From the NCBI GenBank assembly GCA_010909165.1, contig MU008182.1, positions 1 through 64,000 on the forward strand: DNA of 64,000 bases, written 5' to 3'. Both the position numbers and the translations under genes were made by a program. The notes below the pieces were generated by a model. That model was not told the origin of the DNA. It ran no database searches and saw nothing but the letters and a program-made list of their open reading frames with translations. Every line of letters starts with the position of its first letter. The stretch's first letter is position 1. Positions 1 through 12,790 of this stretch are shown here, piece by piece. The stretch comes from Anthoceros angustus (Eukaryota; Plantae; Anthocerotophyta).

Positions 1-199
1 GGGCCGGGGAATGATACTATTGAAGGCGAGCAAGCAATGGAGGAGAGCGATAACTTTGAGGCGGACGATATGGACGCATCCGAATATGGCGGTGGTTCTT
101 GACTCGATGTCGATGCAAGGCATGGATGAGTCGCCGAGCCGCACTCTTCAATGACTATTGTCGATGCCGATGACCACTCCCTCCTTTAGCGGATGTTTG

Positions 200-1767
200 T
201 TGCAATGTTCTTCTTGACGATTAAAATGAGACTCCCTCTAATGCAGGATTGTTTTCATTGTGTTCCACCACTTCAAAGTAAAAGTTTTCGGTTGTAATAA
301 ACATATAAAAATGGCAGCCCTCTAAACATTCTACAAAAGCGCGAGGCCCACACCCTCATGCTCCGGTTCTAGGGTGTTCACTTGAAAGTCGTCTTTTATC
401 AGTATGACCTCGGAAAGGGTGTGTGCATTATCAAAGTAGGGCACATATCTTGTTCTAGGTAAGGTGTTCTTCGTTACAAGGGGTCATTTGTGATGGACCG
501 AAGGGGGATATCCCCTTCAAAATTATGTTTCTATCAATTCCTTCCTTACATAAGCCCTTTGTGCCAATGTATATTTACGCCTCTAGTAGACCACAAAAGG
601 TCATGGTTACCTTCTCTCAACTTGTATGTTAGACATTGCAAAAGCGTCTCCATTGCTTGCTTCTCACTATAGATCTCCTGTACTACAAGCTTCTCCAACC
701 TCCTATACATCATCTTCAACGTTTCACCTTGCTTTCTTGTGAAAGTAACTCTTGAATCTTCTCCTGAGGTCTTTGGAAACTCATCACGTAGAATATCCAT
801 CATGTCACCCGCGGGATCTGTGTGCCATGTTGGTCAGATCGCCGTCTCTGCTGTGGTGATGATTGTCCTCGGCATCTCCGGTTTGTGCTACGATATGTCG
901 CGAGCTTCCCCGGATGTCTCGCCATTTGGATAAATCCAAACCGTGCACTGTAGCCTTGTACATTCTTATACTGCAGCTCTCCAAGAATGGCTTCCAGCTT
1001 ATCCTCGAACTCCTCAAATGTGAGCGCCCCTGGCCTGCCTGTAAACAGCTCATGCCGCGAGCCATGCTCACGACTATCCATGCTGTTTTCAACTCCTAAC
1101 AGCTCAGTCTTGTCGTCCTCCTCTTGCCCACGTCTCCAATTACCTTTTGAATACTTGAGCAAAGGTGTTTTAACTGACACGTACGTATCTTCAGCAAAAT
1201 CGTACCAACAATCCTCAGGGTTCATACCAACACCATCAACTTATGTCAAATAACAAGTGTTATTCAGCTATCCTCACTGCAGGGTCTTGTATACAAGTCA
1301 CCACTCAGCTCACATCAATCACTGTTCCACCCTTCTGAATTGCTGGTCTCAACTTCAGCTTGCATGCACTCTAGTCGTTCTTGCTCCCACCAATCTTCTA
1401 ATGCTGAGATCTCCTGATCTGCTGCTGGACAATCAAGCCCATACACACAATGATCTTGTAGTGCACTCCACGACTCAGTACAGGCCCCAATCCAACAAAA
1501 GCCTGCTCTCGACTTCAATTCAGCCAAGCCTAACCATGGTTTGGCTAGCTCACGTAATTTGGACAACCCACAGCCGCACTCCACAAATGCTTCAGCAATT
1601 TCTTTTGCAGCGTTGTAAGCTTGGACACGACCGTTGGGTCTCACAATCCAAAATGCTTCTTCCCGAGCTGCCTGTGAGGGCCTTATCTTTGGAAAAGGAT
1701 CATTCACCTCTTGCACTTCCTTGTCCGAGCTTGCTAGCACTTGACCTCCGCTCGAACACTTCTTCAA
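200..1767 (-). mobile_element. Degenerate LTR-retrotransposon gag region (retrotransposon-gag-like, frameshifted)
   Basis: ORF fragments 1767-1315, 1225-800 and 803-546. The last reads 'ILRDEFPKTSGEDSRVTFTRKQGETLKMMYRRLEKL', a FxxKxGETxxxxxRRLxKL gag signature also seen at 47091-47480. No pol domains visible. Confidence 0.55.
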
Positions 1768-4324
1768 GCTTGCCGATTCGACTAAGCTGAACTAGTTGTC
1801 GCCTTTTCAACAACATGATCTTTTCGGGAACGACTCTCCCTTTTACGTGCCTTCTTGCAGTCAACGCTCACCACCCACGATTAAGACAATCTTGCCGACT
1901 ATTGCTATAATTCCACCAAGTTCCTACCACGGTCACGGATAGCATCCACCGAACACATATATATCCGCTTATAGTGAGATCTTCCTGTTTCTTCCCATGA
2001 AAGTCTGCTTCATCCTTGCAGTCATGGTCTCTAAGTTCTTGCAGCAACTGGTCAAGCTACGCATTCACAACACAATTTCAAACTGCTGCCTCACAAGTTG
2101 CATGTTTGCATTCTGCAACAATACACACTCGGAACCCCCTTGTATAGTCATCAACTCAATTGTTGATCACCGACACAAACACCTGCCTCACGGACAACAT
2201 CATCTACGACATCCCATGCAATCACTTCAACTCTCAACATTTAGCTTCCCAATGATCAATCACAGTGATCATTATTGCCTTCTGCACATGTAGATGACTT
2301 AAGTAAATCAGCAATCAACCGGGCCTTCACCACAAAGCTGCAGCGTCACGACTTCCATTCAACTGGGCGGTCACGCGTCAATCGGCAACATCAAAATGCA
2401 AGCCGCAATCTGAGCCTTTGATTTACACCGAACTTTTGTTTTCACATCAACTTTGCAAGAATCGCACGCTTTGATCCCCATTCTCAGAGCGACTTCATTA
2501 GCATGCCACCATTTTGCTTACAATGCTTACACCGCAATCAACATGAGCACGCGTTCAGGTTTTCAGCGATCAGCAATCAGCTGGCAATCCGCTCATTACA
2601 GATGTGCCCTTCCTTGTTCTGCACGCCGCCTGAGGCTCACAATTCAACCATAATTCAGACCGTGCACACTCACTCATCTCGCAGGCCTGCTGAGCTTAGC
2701 AACCTTGCGCAGATCCATTACCGTGAATCCAATCTGATCAATGCTCTCACATCACAGCTGCGGCATCCACACTCATGCAGCGCTACCACACAACCTAGCT
2801 GCTCTTCACTCGAAATATGCTACGGTCACCTCGATTATACGCTCGGTGAGCACTAGGCGCCATCGGTGTCTTTGGTAAAACAACCGAGCTAAGCGCACTG
2901 CCTTTGCCAATATCCACCACACTCATTTGCCGTCATGAGGCTTGGAAAGAGTCGTAATCCAACACACGCATATGCACACACACCGCGTTTATTGCCTTGG
3001 ACCCAAACCCAACTGGTTGTACAAAGATGAACCTCAGCCTTTTCAAAAGCGGCGCTCGTCGTCGTCCGTCTTTCGTCTGCCTGACCGTTTTCCTACTTTC
3101 TACTTGCGCATGAAGCTTATGGCTATGACCTATTTCCATACCGTACATCGTCGGCTATGATGCCAAGACATCAGTTACACAAATACCTAATTAAGGATGA
3201 GTAACCGAGTTCTATGACGACTCATGACACATGTTAAACACGGGCAAGAACATACACAAATTTTAGTTCGCTATGAAGTATACGGTTCTCATTTGCTCAT
3301 GGCCTCGATCTACGCGGTCCTTCGCTTCTCGCTCTACTTTTGTCTGGCGCTCTCGCTCTACCGGCGTCATGCGACGCGACCATGCTCGTAGAGCCATGCA
3401 TTCGGGCATTATCGATGGCATGGATAGGCCATGTAGTCGATCAAACCTTTGAAAATACGCTTGTACTGCGAGCTTTTTGGGTGCAAGCATTGTATGTTGT
3501 TTTTCATAAAGCCCTTCTCTGTTGGTCCTTATTACAAGCTTGTTTGGGGTAGTTGGTGCTATGTGCACCCGTGGCGATGAAGGCCTAGGAAGCGTTGCGA
3601 TATGCAGTGATTGCAACCTTTGACCTTGCGTAAGAACCAACCCGGCCCAGTAGCAAACATGGCGATGGTATAGCATAGCGCCAGCGCGGTGCACGGTGAA
3701 AGCGCGGCGCTGCCAACGGCAACAACCCTAATTATGGATGCAGCGGTCGCGGACATGGCATGTCACTTTGCAAGCGACAGCGCAAATGACCTCAACGCAA
3801 CCTTTACCCCAAAAGAAAGTTTACGTGTGTCGTAGAATCATTTTGTGTACCATGGGATAGGTTGACCACATGGGACAGGGGGCAGCCCAGCAGAGTGTGG
3901 TCATGTGTATGAAATAGTTCGCCCGTGTCGAGACTATTCTATACAATGATAATCGTGTGACGGATTCCATACAAGAAGGCATCCAACCACCTATATTAAA
4001 TGGGGAGGCTTGTGGGAGGAGGTAGGAGGATGCGGGAGGATGTAGGAGGAGGCTGGAGGGAGCGATGGCACATGCACAAGTAGGAAAGTAAGATTGTGAG
4101 GCCAAAATATGAGGGATCAATCCTGGGTTATGGGTGCATGTGGATTAAAAAAGATTGAAGTGGAAGTTTGGTAGCGCTTGGAATCCAATGTGGCCATGCT
4201 CTTTCCACTTCCTATAGTTTATTTTTCCTCATCTTCATCATCATGCCTTCCATGTAGTGTTGTTGGGGGATGGTGCAATAGTAGGGTCCGGGAGGTCGTG
4301 GTGGCGGGCCCGCGGTGAGCCGGG

Positions 4325-4790
4325 TTCCAGGTTTAGGGCTCATAAGTTTAGGGTTTCACATGTTTAGGGTTTTGCGGATGCTGATCTTCTAGGTTTAGGG
4401 TTCCATAGATTTAGGATTTGCGGCAGTTGATCTTCTAGGTTTAGGGTTTCACAAATTCAGGGTTCCACAAGTTTAGGGTTTCATAAAAATAGGGTTTCAT
4501 AGGTTTAGGGTTTTGCAGCTGCTTGTCTTCTAGGTTTAGGGTTTTATAGTAGCTGATCTTCTAGGTTTAGAGTTTCATAAATTTAGGAGTCCACAAGTAT
4601 AGGGTTTTACGACAATTGATCTTCCAGGTTTAGGGTTCCATAAATTTAGGGTTCCACAAGTTTAGGGCTTTATGGCAACTGATTTTCAAGATTTAAGGTT
4701 TCACATGTATAGGGTTTCACAGGTTTAGGGTTTCACATGTATAGAGTTTCATAGGTTTAGGGTTTTATGGCAACTGATCTTCCAGGATCA
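4325..4790 (+). repeat. Telomere-motif (TTTAGGG) higher-order tandem array
   Basis: About 22 units, each with a (G)TTTAGGG core, in two lengths: 16 nt (AGGTTTAGGGTTTCAY) and 31 nt (AGGTTTAGGGTTTTRYRGCAGCTGATCTTCT), often ordered 16-16-31. Confidence 0.9.
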
Positions 4791-7040
4791 GGGATGGATA
4801 CCGGCTATGTTTGACAAACAAATCAGAGAGTGGAGCACCCTAGTTTTGGATAAGGTTCCTTCATATTATTTTTTCCATGGGGCCTCCTTCTTCCGCTTCT
4901 GGGAAGAACACTTCTTGCCTCGTCTGTAGAATTTTATATAAGGGTGTTGTTGGTGCAAAGAGGCACATAGGCATGATGCACAAGGACTTTTGACCGGAAT
5001 GCATTGGAGGTTCAAGTGAGGGCTACATCTTCCGGCGTTCGAGGAGACTATTGTTGCTCTTCGGGCCCTTCACCCAGCTCCAAATGTACCCATCCCACCA
5101 AATATCTTGGATTTTGTGGGTGAGAACTCTGGACAAGGTGGTTTTGGTGGCGCTCTAACTCTGCGCCCGCTCTCTTAGAGTCTTTAGCAGGTCTAAGATC
5201 ACTTCCATAATTCCTTCTTTTCTGAGGATCCCTTTAGTGGTTTTTTGGAGCTCATTATCCTGCCAATGGCTGTCGTGTGGGGGGAGACCCCCATCGGATT
5301 TTGCGGGTGCTGGGTGCCAGCAAGCTTTGGGTTATGGAGAAGCCCACACCGGGGGTGCGCCCTATCGTCGCAGGAGAGGCATTCCTAGGACTTATTAGTC
5401 GCAGCGTTGCCCTCTAGCTCAAGGAGCAATGCCGGGCTCATCTTAGCCCCCATCAATTTGGCATCGCCACCTCGGGGGGCTGCGAGACGGTAAGTTTTGG
5501 AGTCGAGGCGGTTCTCCAGCTACATCCGGATTGGGTTGCTCTTCAGGTCGATGTTGAGAACGCTTTTAACGCTGTATCCAGGGGAGCCATCTTCCAAGAG
5601 CTTAAAGACGCGGGCGGGCAACTGACAAGTCTTATTCCTTTTGTTCGCTCTTTATATGGTTCCCCATCTAACCTATATTATTAGCACGGCCCCTGAGTGG
5701 AGGGAGTCTCCATGCTTGACTCCGCAATGGGAACCAGGCAAGGGGATCCCTATGGGGGAGCTCTCTTTGCTATGGCGCATTTTAGGGCCTTGTCAATAAC
5801 TGCCTCCTTGGTGTGGGAGTGCCTCTTTTCGTCGGTGGCCGATGACACCCACATCCTTGGGCCGGTGGACAAAGTCAAAGATGATTTCGACCTCTTCTCC
5901 TTGGAGCTCTCTCGCCTTGGCCTGAAGGTCAAGATCTTGAAGTGCAAGGTGTGGTCTCCGTCTGGTCTTACGCTCCCTCTTCATTATCCCCGGGGGGATA
6001 TTGATTCTCCACAAGGGTTGCGGGTCCTCAAAGTCTCGGTCAAGCCCCAGGGCTTTATACGGGAATTTGTGGATGCTGCTTTGAAAGAGGATCTTGCGCA
6101 TATCGACAACTTCTCTAGATTGGGCGACCCGTAGGTGGCCTTCGGCATCCTCTCTTCCTGCTTCGTGCGCCGCTCTGGGTACCTCATTCAGATTGTCCCC
6201 CGGGGGCCCTCCAGTTTTTCTTTCTCAACTTGGAGATTTCGACAAGCAGGTTACGGAGTCTCTGGGAGACATTATTGGCCCAGGTTCCTTCAAATGTGCG
6301 GTCGGGGACTCAGCGTAGCGACAAGCGTCCCTCCCTGCCGCTTCTGGGGGCGCAGGTCTTTTGGCCATGGAGGCCTCGGTGCCAGCGGCTTTTCTAGGAA
6401 GCTGGACCCTCTCGACCCCAATTTTGGCCTCTCACTTCCTTATCCGAGAGAGCAGCATTTTGGAGAGTTTTGTTGCAGGAGTTGAGGAGGGGTGCTTCCC
6501 CCTCGAAGTGTCCCTAAGGTCGGCTAGGGACCTCTTACCCTCTTTGGCCAGGGAGGCAATGCATTCTTCTTCTTCGTTTCTCGCCGATGGGTTTCGAGGG
6601 TTGGAGGCTTCTCTCCAGGAGAAGCATTATGGGCAGGTGCTGTAGCATCTTCTTCTGGATTCTTTTACTCCTCCTCCTGCTAGAGCTTGCTTTTGCTCTT
6701 GCTTACGAAAGGGTGCAGGTTCCTAGCTCCTCGCCCGCCCTTGTGTCGAGGCGTTCTGAATGCACCAGCTTCTTTTTCTACTGCGATGAGGTTTCGCCTG
6801 GGTCTGGTCTAACCACTAGCCTATTCTCTTCTAGCCTGCTGTTGTGGGGCCTCCATCGACGACCCTGGGGACGATTTAGTGCATTGTCTAATGGGTGGAC
6901 AACGTATTACTACACACGACGCCGTTCGAGATGTCATGTTCTCGATATGGCTAAGGAGAGCGGTTTCTTCCCTTTCAAAGCGGCGGTATACTACGCTCAA
7001 TGGCGTCTCTATTAGAGCTGACCTTTTCTTGGAGGCGAGG
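4790..7040 (+). mobile_element. CRE-clade-like non-LTR retrotransposon (RT + CCHC + restriction-like endonuclease), degenerate and 3'-truncated
   Basis: Stitched frames give RT motifs GGVRPIVAGE (~5350), LQVDVENAFN (~5560), QGDP (~5740) and SVADDTHILG (~5835), then CCCGASIDDPGDDLVHCLMGGQRITTHDAVRD (~6830-6935) and RADL (~7015). In-frame stops present (e.g. ~5682, 6132). Confidence 0.85.
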
Positions 7041-7299
7041 TCTCGGTTGTGGGCGTGGTTATGTGACCCAGAGATTATTAACAACACCATAATATTTGAG
7101 CCGTGGAATATACATCAAGCGGCTTTATGCATGTATATCTGTTGAACGGGTTCTGGATGGTCACTAAATCATGTTCTGCATGTAGTCATGGAGAATGTGT
7201 TCAAAATTATGGTGAATCACATTAGGTTCAAAATTGCAGCACACGCCAAAAAGGGTATGGTGGGGACATGCCAATGGGGTTTACCTTTGGTCTAGCCGT

Positions 7300-10200
7300 T
7301 CAAACTCCCTTTGTGCGGGATAATGAAACCGGCGATCTTTACATTATTGCCTTATAGTGAAGGGGAGCAGAGTTTTGTGGTTCCCATTTATGTAGAAGGT
7401 ATGGAAAATGTCTGTTTATATAAGTGTACAAGGGTGTACAAACTACCGCGCGCAATGCGCGCATGCGGCGCCATGTATCTACTGGCGAAATCCTTATCCA
7501 TTCCCTTTGCACAAATATGCCCAACATGGCCTTTTTAATATCCATTGTCGGAGGTAATGTCTTGTCTGTTCCATGTTCCTCTTCACCCCAGCAAAACCGA
7601 TTACATGGTATCTTGGCTGGGAGTTTCACGGAACATTGGGTGGGCGCCTAAGCAGATCCAGGGAACAAAGTCATGGCAGGCCGGTGAAATGAAGGTGCCA
7701 ATAGGAGCGGACACGAGAAAATGTTGTCGTGATGGGCTTAAGCATGCCACCACAAAGGGTGTGGAAAAGAGTTGCCGTAATTTGGAAGGGCGGACCATGG
7801 GTGGAATATATGTCGAGCCGTTCGGTCATTCACTCCTCACGACTCCAGACCGTCGGTTTCTCCATGTGGAATAAATCGTCATCACCATCATCCTCATTGT
7901 CCACCGGCGAAGTGCGAGGTTGAAGATGGGGCGGAGGCATAACTTCTCTTTGATAGCTTTTTATCCGCGCGTCTGGATGTTTCCTAAGTGAGATTGAACC
8001 CATAGTACACAATGGATCTTATGTACAAACAACCACGAGCGTTGGGTGGCTTCCATGCTTTTGCACCTTTGTTGGTAATGAAATTGTCTACCCTCCTCGG
8101 TCGACCAAGTATTCTCAGACATACTTGCCCTCGTAGGCATCGGTGTGCTCGGTTCGCCACGATGCACCGGCAAGTATGGGTCATCGGTCGGTGCACACTC
8201 AACACCTTTGCAACCCGAATGCCACATTGTGTGTCCCCTCACAAGGTGACAATAAACATACCTTTTTAATCATGATGTCACCATTCATCGCTCGACCTCT
8301 TGCTCCGTCTCTCCACACTCTGGTAAGCACCCAAGTACATGTCCGTTGAGGCACGTCTCGCAATAAGGCTTCGTCCAAGATAGCCTCCTCTGCGGCGGTA
8401 CAAGTGCCTGCTGCGGATCATCGCCACTTCCACGGACTTTTCAACACAAGGCCAATGTTGTCCACTATAGTTGCAATCTCCTCTTGATCCTTCGAAGTCA
8501 TTCCACCACTCCTCCTCTGCTGCGTTAACATATGTGGAAAGTTTGCAAACCCTTCCTTAAGTGCTCTACTCCTTCCGTGCGGTGAGCTTTCCATTGCCTT
8601 TCTTGTCCTTGGCACATAGAGCTAGCGTTGTGGGTCCTATCTCATTTGGAATAAAAGACAAGAACTCCATCTTACATTTCCCATAACGGTGAGGTCAGTC
8701 TTTACTCGGATACGGTAACTTTACCTGGAGTTTTCCTCAGCGTGATTTTGAATTGGTGTTGGAATGATAGATTATTGACTTGCGAACGCTGACTTTAAAC
8801 TTTAGCACACCTTTGTTTTCAAGCGGCGAAAGAGCGAAAGGAACCTCGGTCGGGACCTTCACTTACGGGTTTGGCGTGAGCATGTGGTCAATATATCGCA
8901 TAGCAGGAAGAGTTTTGGCCTCTTTGTGCTTCAAATGCTTGGAGAAACACGAGAACATTTGGTCAACTGGTCATGTGTGTGACCGAAGAAACCCACCTTC
9001 ACTTTCTCAAATGTCCCCATCTCCACGAGCATATTCGGATAAGCAAGCAGTTGATTCTTGTTCTCCGACATGTGTTGTCCAGTTGCAAATATAGAACCTT
9101 GGGAAGTAAGCCAACACGCATTATGTATCACATCTTGTATAATGCATATGGTTAAATTAGCATCGTTCGCAAATTTGCGTAGTGCGAGATCGCCCTTGTG
9201 AGCGTGTGATTGTGAATCATACACCCCACCACATGGTGTAACGGCTATCTTCCTTTAGCTCCTTAGGCCATCTAAGTATATGTCGGTAAGATGTTTTTTG
9301 ATCCATACCATCGATACATAATAACATGTACTTGTGAGGCTCGGTGTATCCTTTCGTTCGATGTTTTGTCAACTTCTTCCGCTCCTCCATAAGCTTTGTC
9401 GATGTTTGTTCAATGCCTCGATATATATCGCCGTAACCAAATGTCATGTCGGTGTCCATCAAGGACATATACCATCATTCACGACCCGGCGACCCTCCCA
9501 CTAACGCCTCATTTCAAATGCAATAGGCGAAGGGGTCGACTCCATTATAAGGGGGTCTGGCGATTGTCCTTGTAGAAAGGGGCCTAACCGCCTCGAGGTC
9601 AACCCCTAAGCGAACCTAGGGTTCGGGTTGTGTGGTCGTGTTGGGCCCTCAATGGTCCTCAGCTAGGCCCGCACAGGCGCTCTGAAAATCTTGAAGGCGA
9701 AGTCGGTGGCCGGCGTTCATCGCCCTTCAACCCCAATATGGTGGCGGCGGCCGCCCCCGTTTCCTCCTCCCCTTTCCCATCCCCTTCCACCTTCCACCAG
9801 GCGCGGCATCTGGCCTCATCTCCTGCGGGCCCCGGCATGCAGGCGCCGCCTCCCGCCCTTTCCGGGCATCCCGCGCCCTCCTCATCTCCCCTCCCGGCGA
9901 GAGCAGGCGCGCGGCATCGCTCCTCCTCTCCTCCACCCACAGGCGCATTCTAGAGAACATGCCCGCTTCCTCGACCAAGGGCGTCTGTCGTACCTCGACC
10001 AGGGTCAACATCCACCATCACAACGCCTTGCGTCATCGGATGGCCCACCTGTTGTCGCCCAACCTTTTTGCCCCATACCATGCCGAGAAAGCGGTGTGCG
10101 CGGAGCATACCTTGATCGTCGCGATCCGATTACTCGGATGTTGAACTTTAGGCGCGAACATGTTGAAAATCGATTGGATTTGGGTATCTTCACGGCGCGA

Positions 10201-12790
10201 AGTTACGCTCCCATAGTCTCGAGAAAATACTCTGAAATATCTGTTTTGCTCCATGCCACATTTGTATTGTGTCCACACTTCTAGCTTGGTGAAAGTGTCA
10301 GGAAGATTGTAGACTTCAACATTAGGCAGCCGCTCTGCCAATTGCAGAAATGTTGCATCCATCCATGCAATAGCGCCCAATGCATGAGATGATTTCACTC
10401 GGGGGTTTGGCTTGCTACCATCCCATGGTGAATTCAACAGTACTCTGCCCTTCACCTCCTCGTACCTTTCCGACCCTATGCAATACACCCTTCTGAAGGA
10501 TTTCAGGCAACACTTGATTGGAACCGGTGCCTTCGAAAATCTGGACTCTTTTCCTTTGATCCATTGAGTCGGGGCCTTACAAGGGTCTCTAGTATGTCTC
10601 TGCTCGGACCTTCCCAACATAAAAACCTTTGCCTCTCTTCTTGAAACCCTCCTTGAAAGTCGTTGGATACATACTTTGTTGCAACACGGTTTAAAATCTT
10701 AGAAGTGTCGCCTCGGTCTTCTTCAAGGAGACACCAGCCTCGCAAAGCAAGGTCGCTCGCTGCAATGTCTCCGACATTGGCTTGGATAATCTGACCGCTG
10801 AGCGAGGAGGGCAGGGAGGATGGGGAACGTTGCCATATGACAATATCTGCTCCCGATGCACCAAACTCCACGAGCATATTCGGATAAGCAAACAGCTTGA
10901 TTCTTGTTCTCCGACATGTGTTGTCCAGTTGCAAATATAGAACCTTGGGAAGTAAGCCATATGTATGTATCACATCTTGTATAATGCATATGGTTAAATT
11001 AGCATCGTTCGCAAATTTGCGTAGTGCGAGATCCCTTGAGCGTGTGATTGTGAATCACACCCCACCACATGGAATGGCTATCTTCCTTTAGCTCCTTAGG
11101 CCATCTAAGTATATGCGGTAAGATGTTTTTTGATCCATACCATCGATACATAACATGTACTTGTGAGGCTCGGTGTATCCTTTCGCTTCGATGTTTTGTC
11201 AACTTCTTCTTCCTCCATAAGCTTTATGCGATGTTTGTTCAATGCCTCGATATATATCGCCATACAACCAAATGTCATGTCGGTGTCCATCAAGGACATA
11301 TACCATCATTCACGACCAACCCCACTAACGCCTCATTTCAAATGCAATGAGCGAAGGGTCGACCATTATAAGTGGGGTCTAGGCGATTGTCCATGTAGGG
11401 GCAAAGGGCAGACCCTAACCCCTCGGAGGTCAACCTAAACGAACCTAGGGTTCCGGGTTGTGTGGTCCATATTGAGGCCCTCAATGGTCCTCAACGCTAG
11501 GCGCCCGGGCTGGCGCTGAAAATCTTGAGGCGAAAGTGTCCAGGCCCGGCTCATTCGCCCTTCAACAATATGGGCGCGGCGCGCGAACCCCTTCCTCCTC
11601 CCCTTTCCCATCCCCTTCCACCTTTCCACCAGGCGGCATGCGCCTCCTCCCATCTCCCTGCGGGCCCGGCGCAGGCGCCGCCTCCCGCCCTTTCCGGGCG
11701 CGCATCTGCCGCGCCTCCTCATCCCCTCCCGGCGGCGGCGCGCATCTGCCTCCTCCTCTCCTCCAAACGAGGCGCATTCTAGAACATGCCCGCCTTCCTC
11801 GACCAAGGCCGCCGATCGTACCTCGACCAAGGGTCAACATCCACCATCACAACATACCATATCGGATGGCCCACCTTGACGCCCAACCTTTTTGCCCCTT
11901 TATACCATGTGAAAAAGCGGTGTGCGGCGATGAGCATACCTTGATCATCGCGATCCGATTCGGATGTTGAACTTTAGACCGGTACGAGAACATGTTGAAA
12001 ATCGATTGGATTTGGGTATCTTCGCGCTTGAAGTTCGCTCCCATAGTCTCGTAGAAATGCACGAAATATCTGCAGCCGTTTTGCTCCATGCCACATTTGT
12101 ATTGTGTCCACACTTCTAGCTTGGTGAAAGTGTCGGGAAGATTGTAGACTTCAACATTAGGCGGCTACGCCAATTGCGAAATGTTGCATCCATCCATGCA
12201 ATAGCCAATGCATGAGATGATTTCACCCGGGGTTTGCTACCATCCCATGGTGAATTCAACGATGCTCTACCCTTCACCTCCTCATACCTTTCCGACCCTA
12301 TACACACCTTAAAGGATTTGAGGCAACACTTGATTGGAACCGGTGCCTTGAAAGTCTGAGACTGTCTTTCCGATCCTTGGTCGCCTTACAAGGGTCTCTA
12401 AGTATGTCTCTCACCTCACCTTCCCAACATAAGAAACCTTTGCCTCTCTTCTTGAAACCCTCCTTGAAAGTCGTTGGATACATACTTTGTTGCAACACGG
12501 TTTAAAATCTTCGCGTGTCCGCCGGTCTTCTTCAAGGAGACACCAGCCTCGCAAAGCAAGGTCGCTCGCTGCAATGTCTCCGACATTGGCTTGATGATAT
12601 CTGGCTGCGCAGGAGGGAGGGGGGGGGAACGTTGCCGCCAGCAATATCCCTCCCGATGCACCAAACACTCCACAGGCGCGAGACCTCATGGCACGTTGAT
12701 TCGACCGGCGGGCGATCGCCTCGTCTCTCGGGGCTAAGTTCCATAGCCGCATACAAGCGAGTTCTCGGTGGCACATAGGGAGGCACGAGA
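7300..12790 (-). mobile_element. DDD/E transposase-like gene (resembles the family I recall as DUF7869; Sola1/CMC-like motifs), frameshifted and partly duplicated
   Basis: Motifs in order on -: WMDATF.QLAE..PNVEVYNLPDTFTKLEVW, IPKSNRFSTCS (~10190), KHRTKGYTEPHKYMLLCIDGMDQ (~9300), LPKVLYLQLDNTC(R)ENKN (~9050-9105), GHTHDQ(I)DQMFSCFSKHL (~8930-8983), HQFKI (~8750), CKGVECAPTDDPYLPVH (~8170-8215). Confidence 0.8.
9021..12673. repeat. Tandem duplication of ~1.8 kb (9021-10865 / 10866-12667)
   Basis: Sequence from 10866 (CTCCACGAGCATATTCGGATAAGC...) repeats that from 9021. CTCCAC microhomology at 9021, 10866 and 12668. The copies differ by many small indels. Confidence 0.9.

Noticed and set aside
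1257-1790. 177-aa + strand ORF
   Set aside because: Antisense to the gag remnant; no domain features.
4325-4790. CRISPR-like repeat-spacer array or true telomere
   Set aside because: Units are degenerate telomere-motif repeats without unique spacers, there are no cas genes, the context is eukaryotic, and the array is internal and not a pure (TTTAGGG)n tract.
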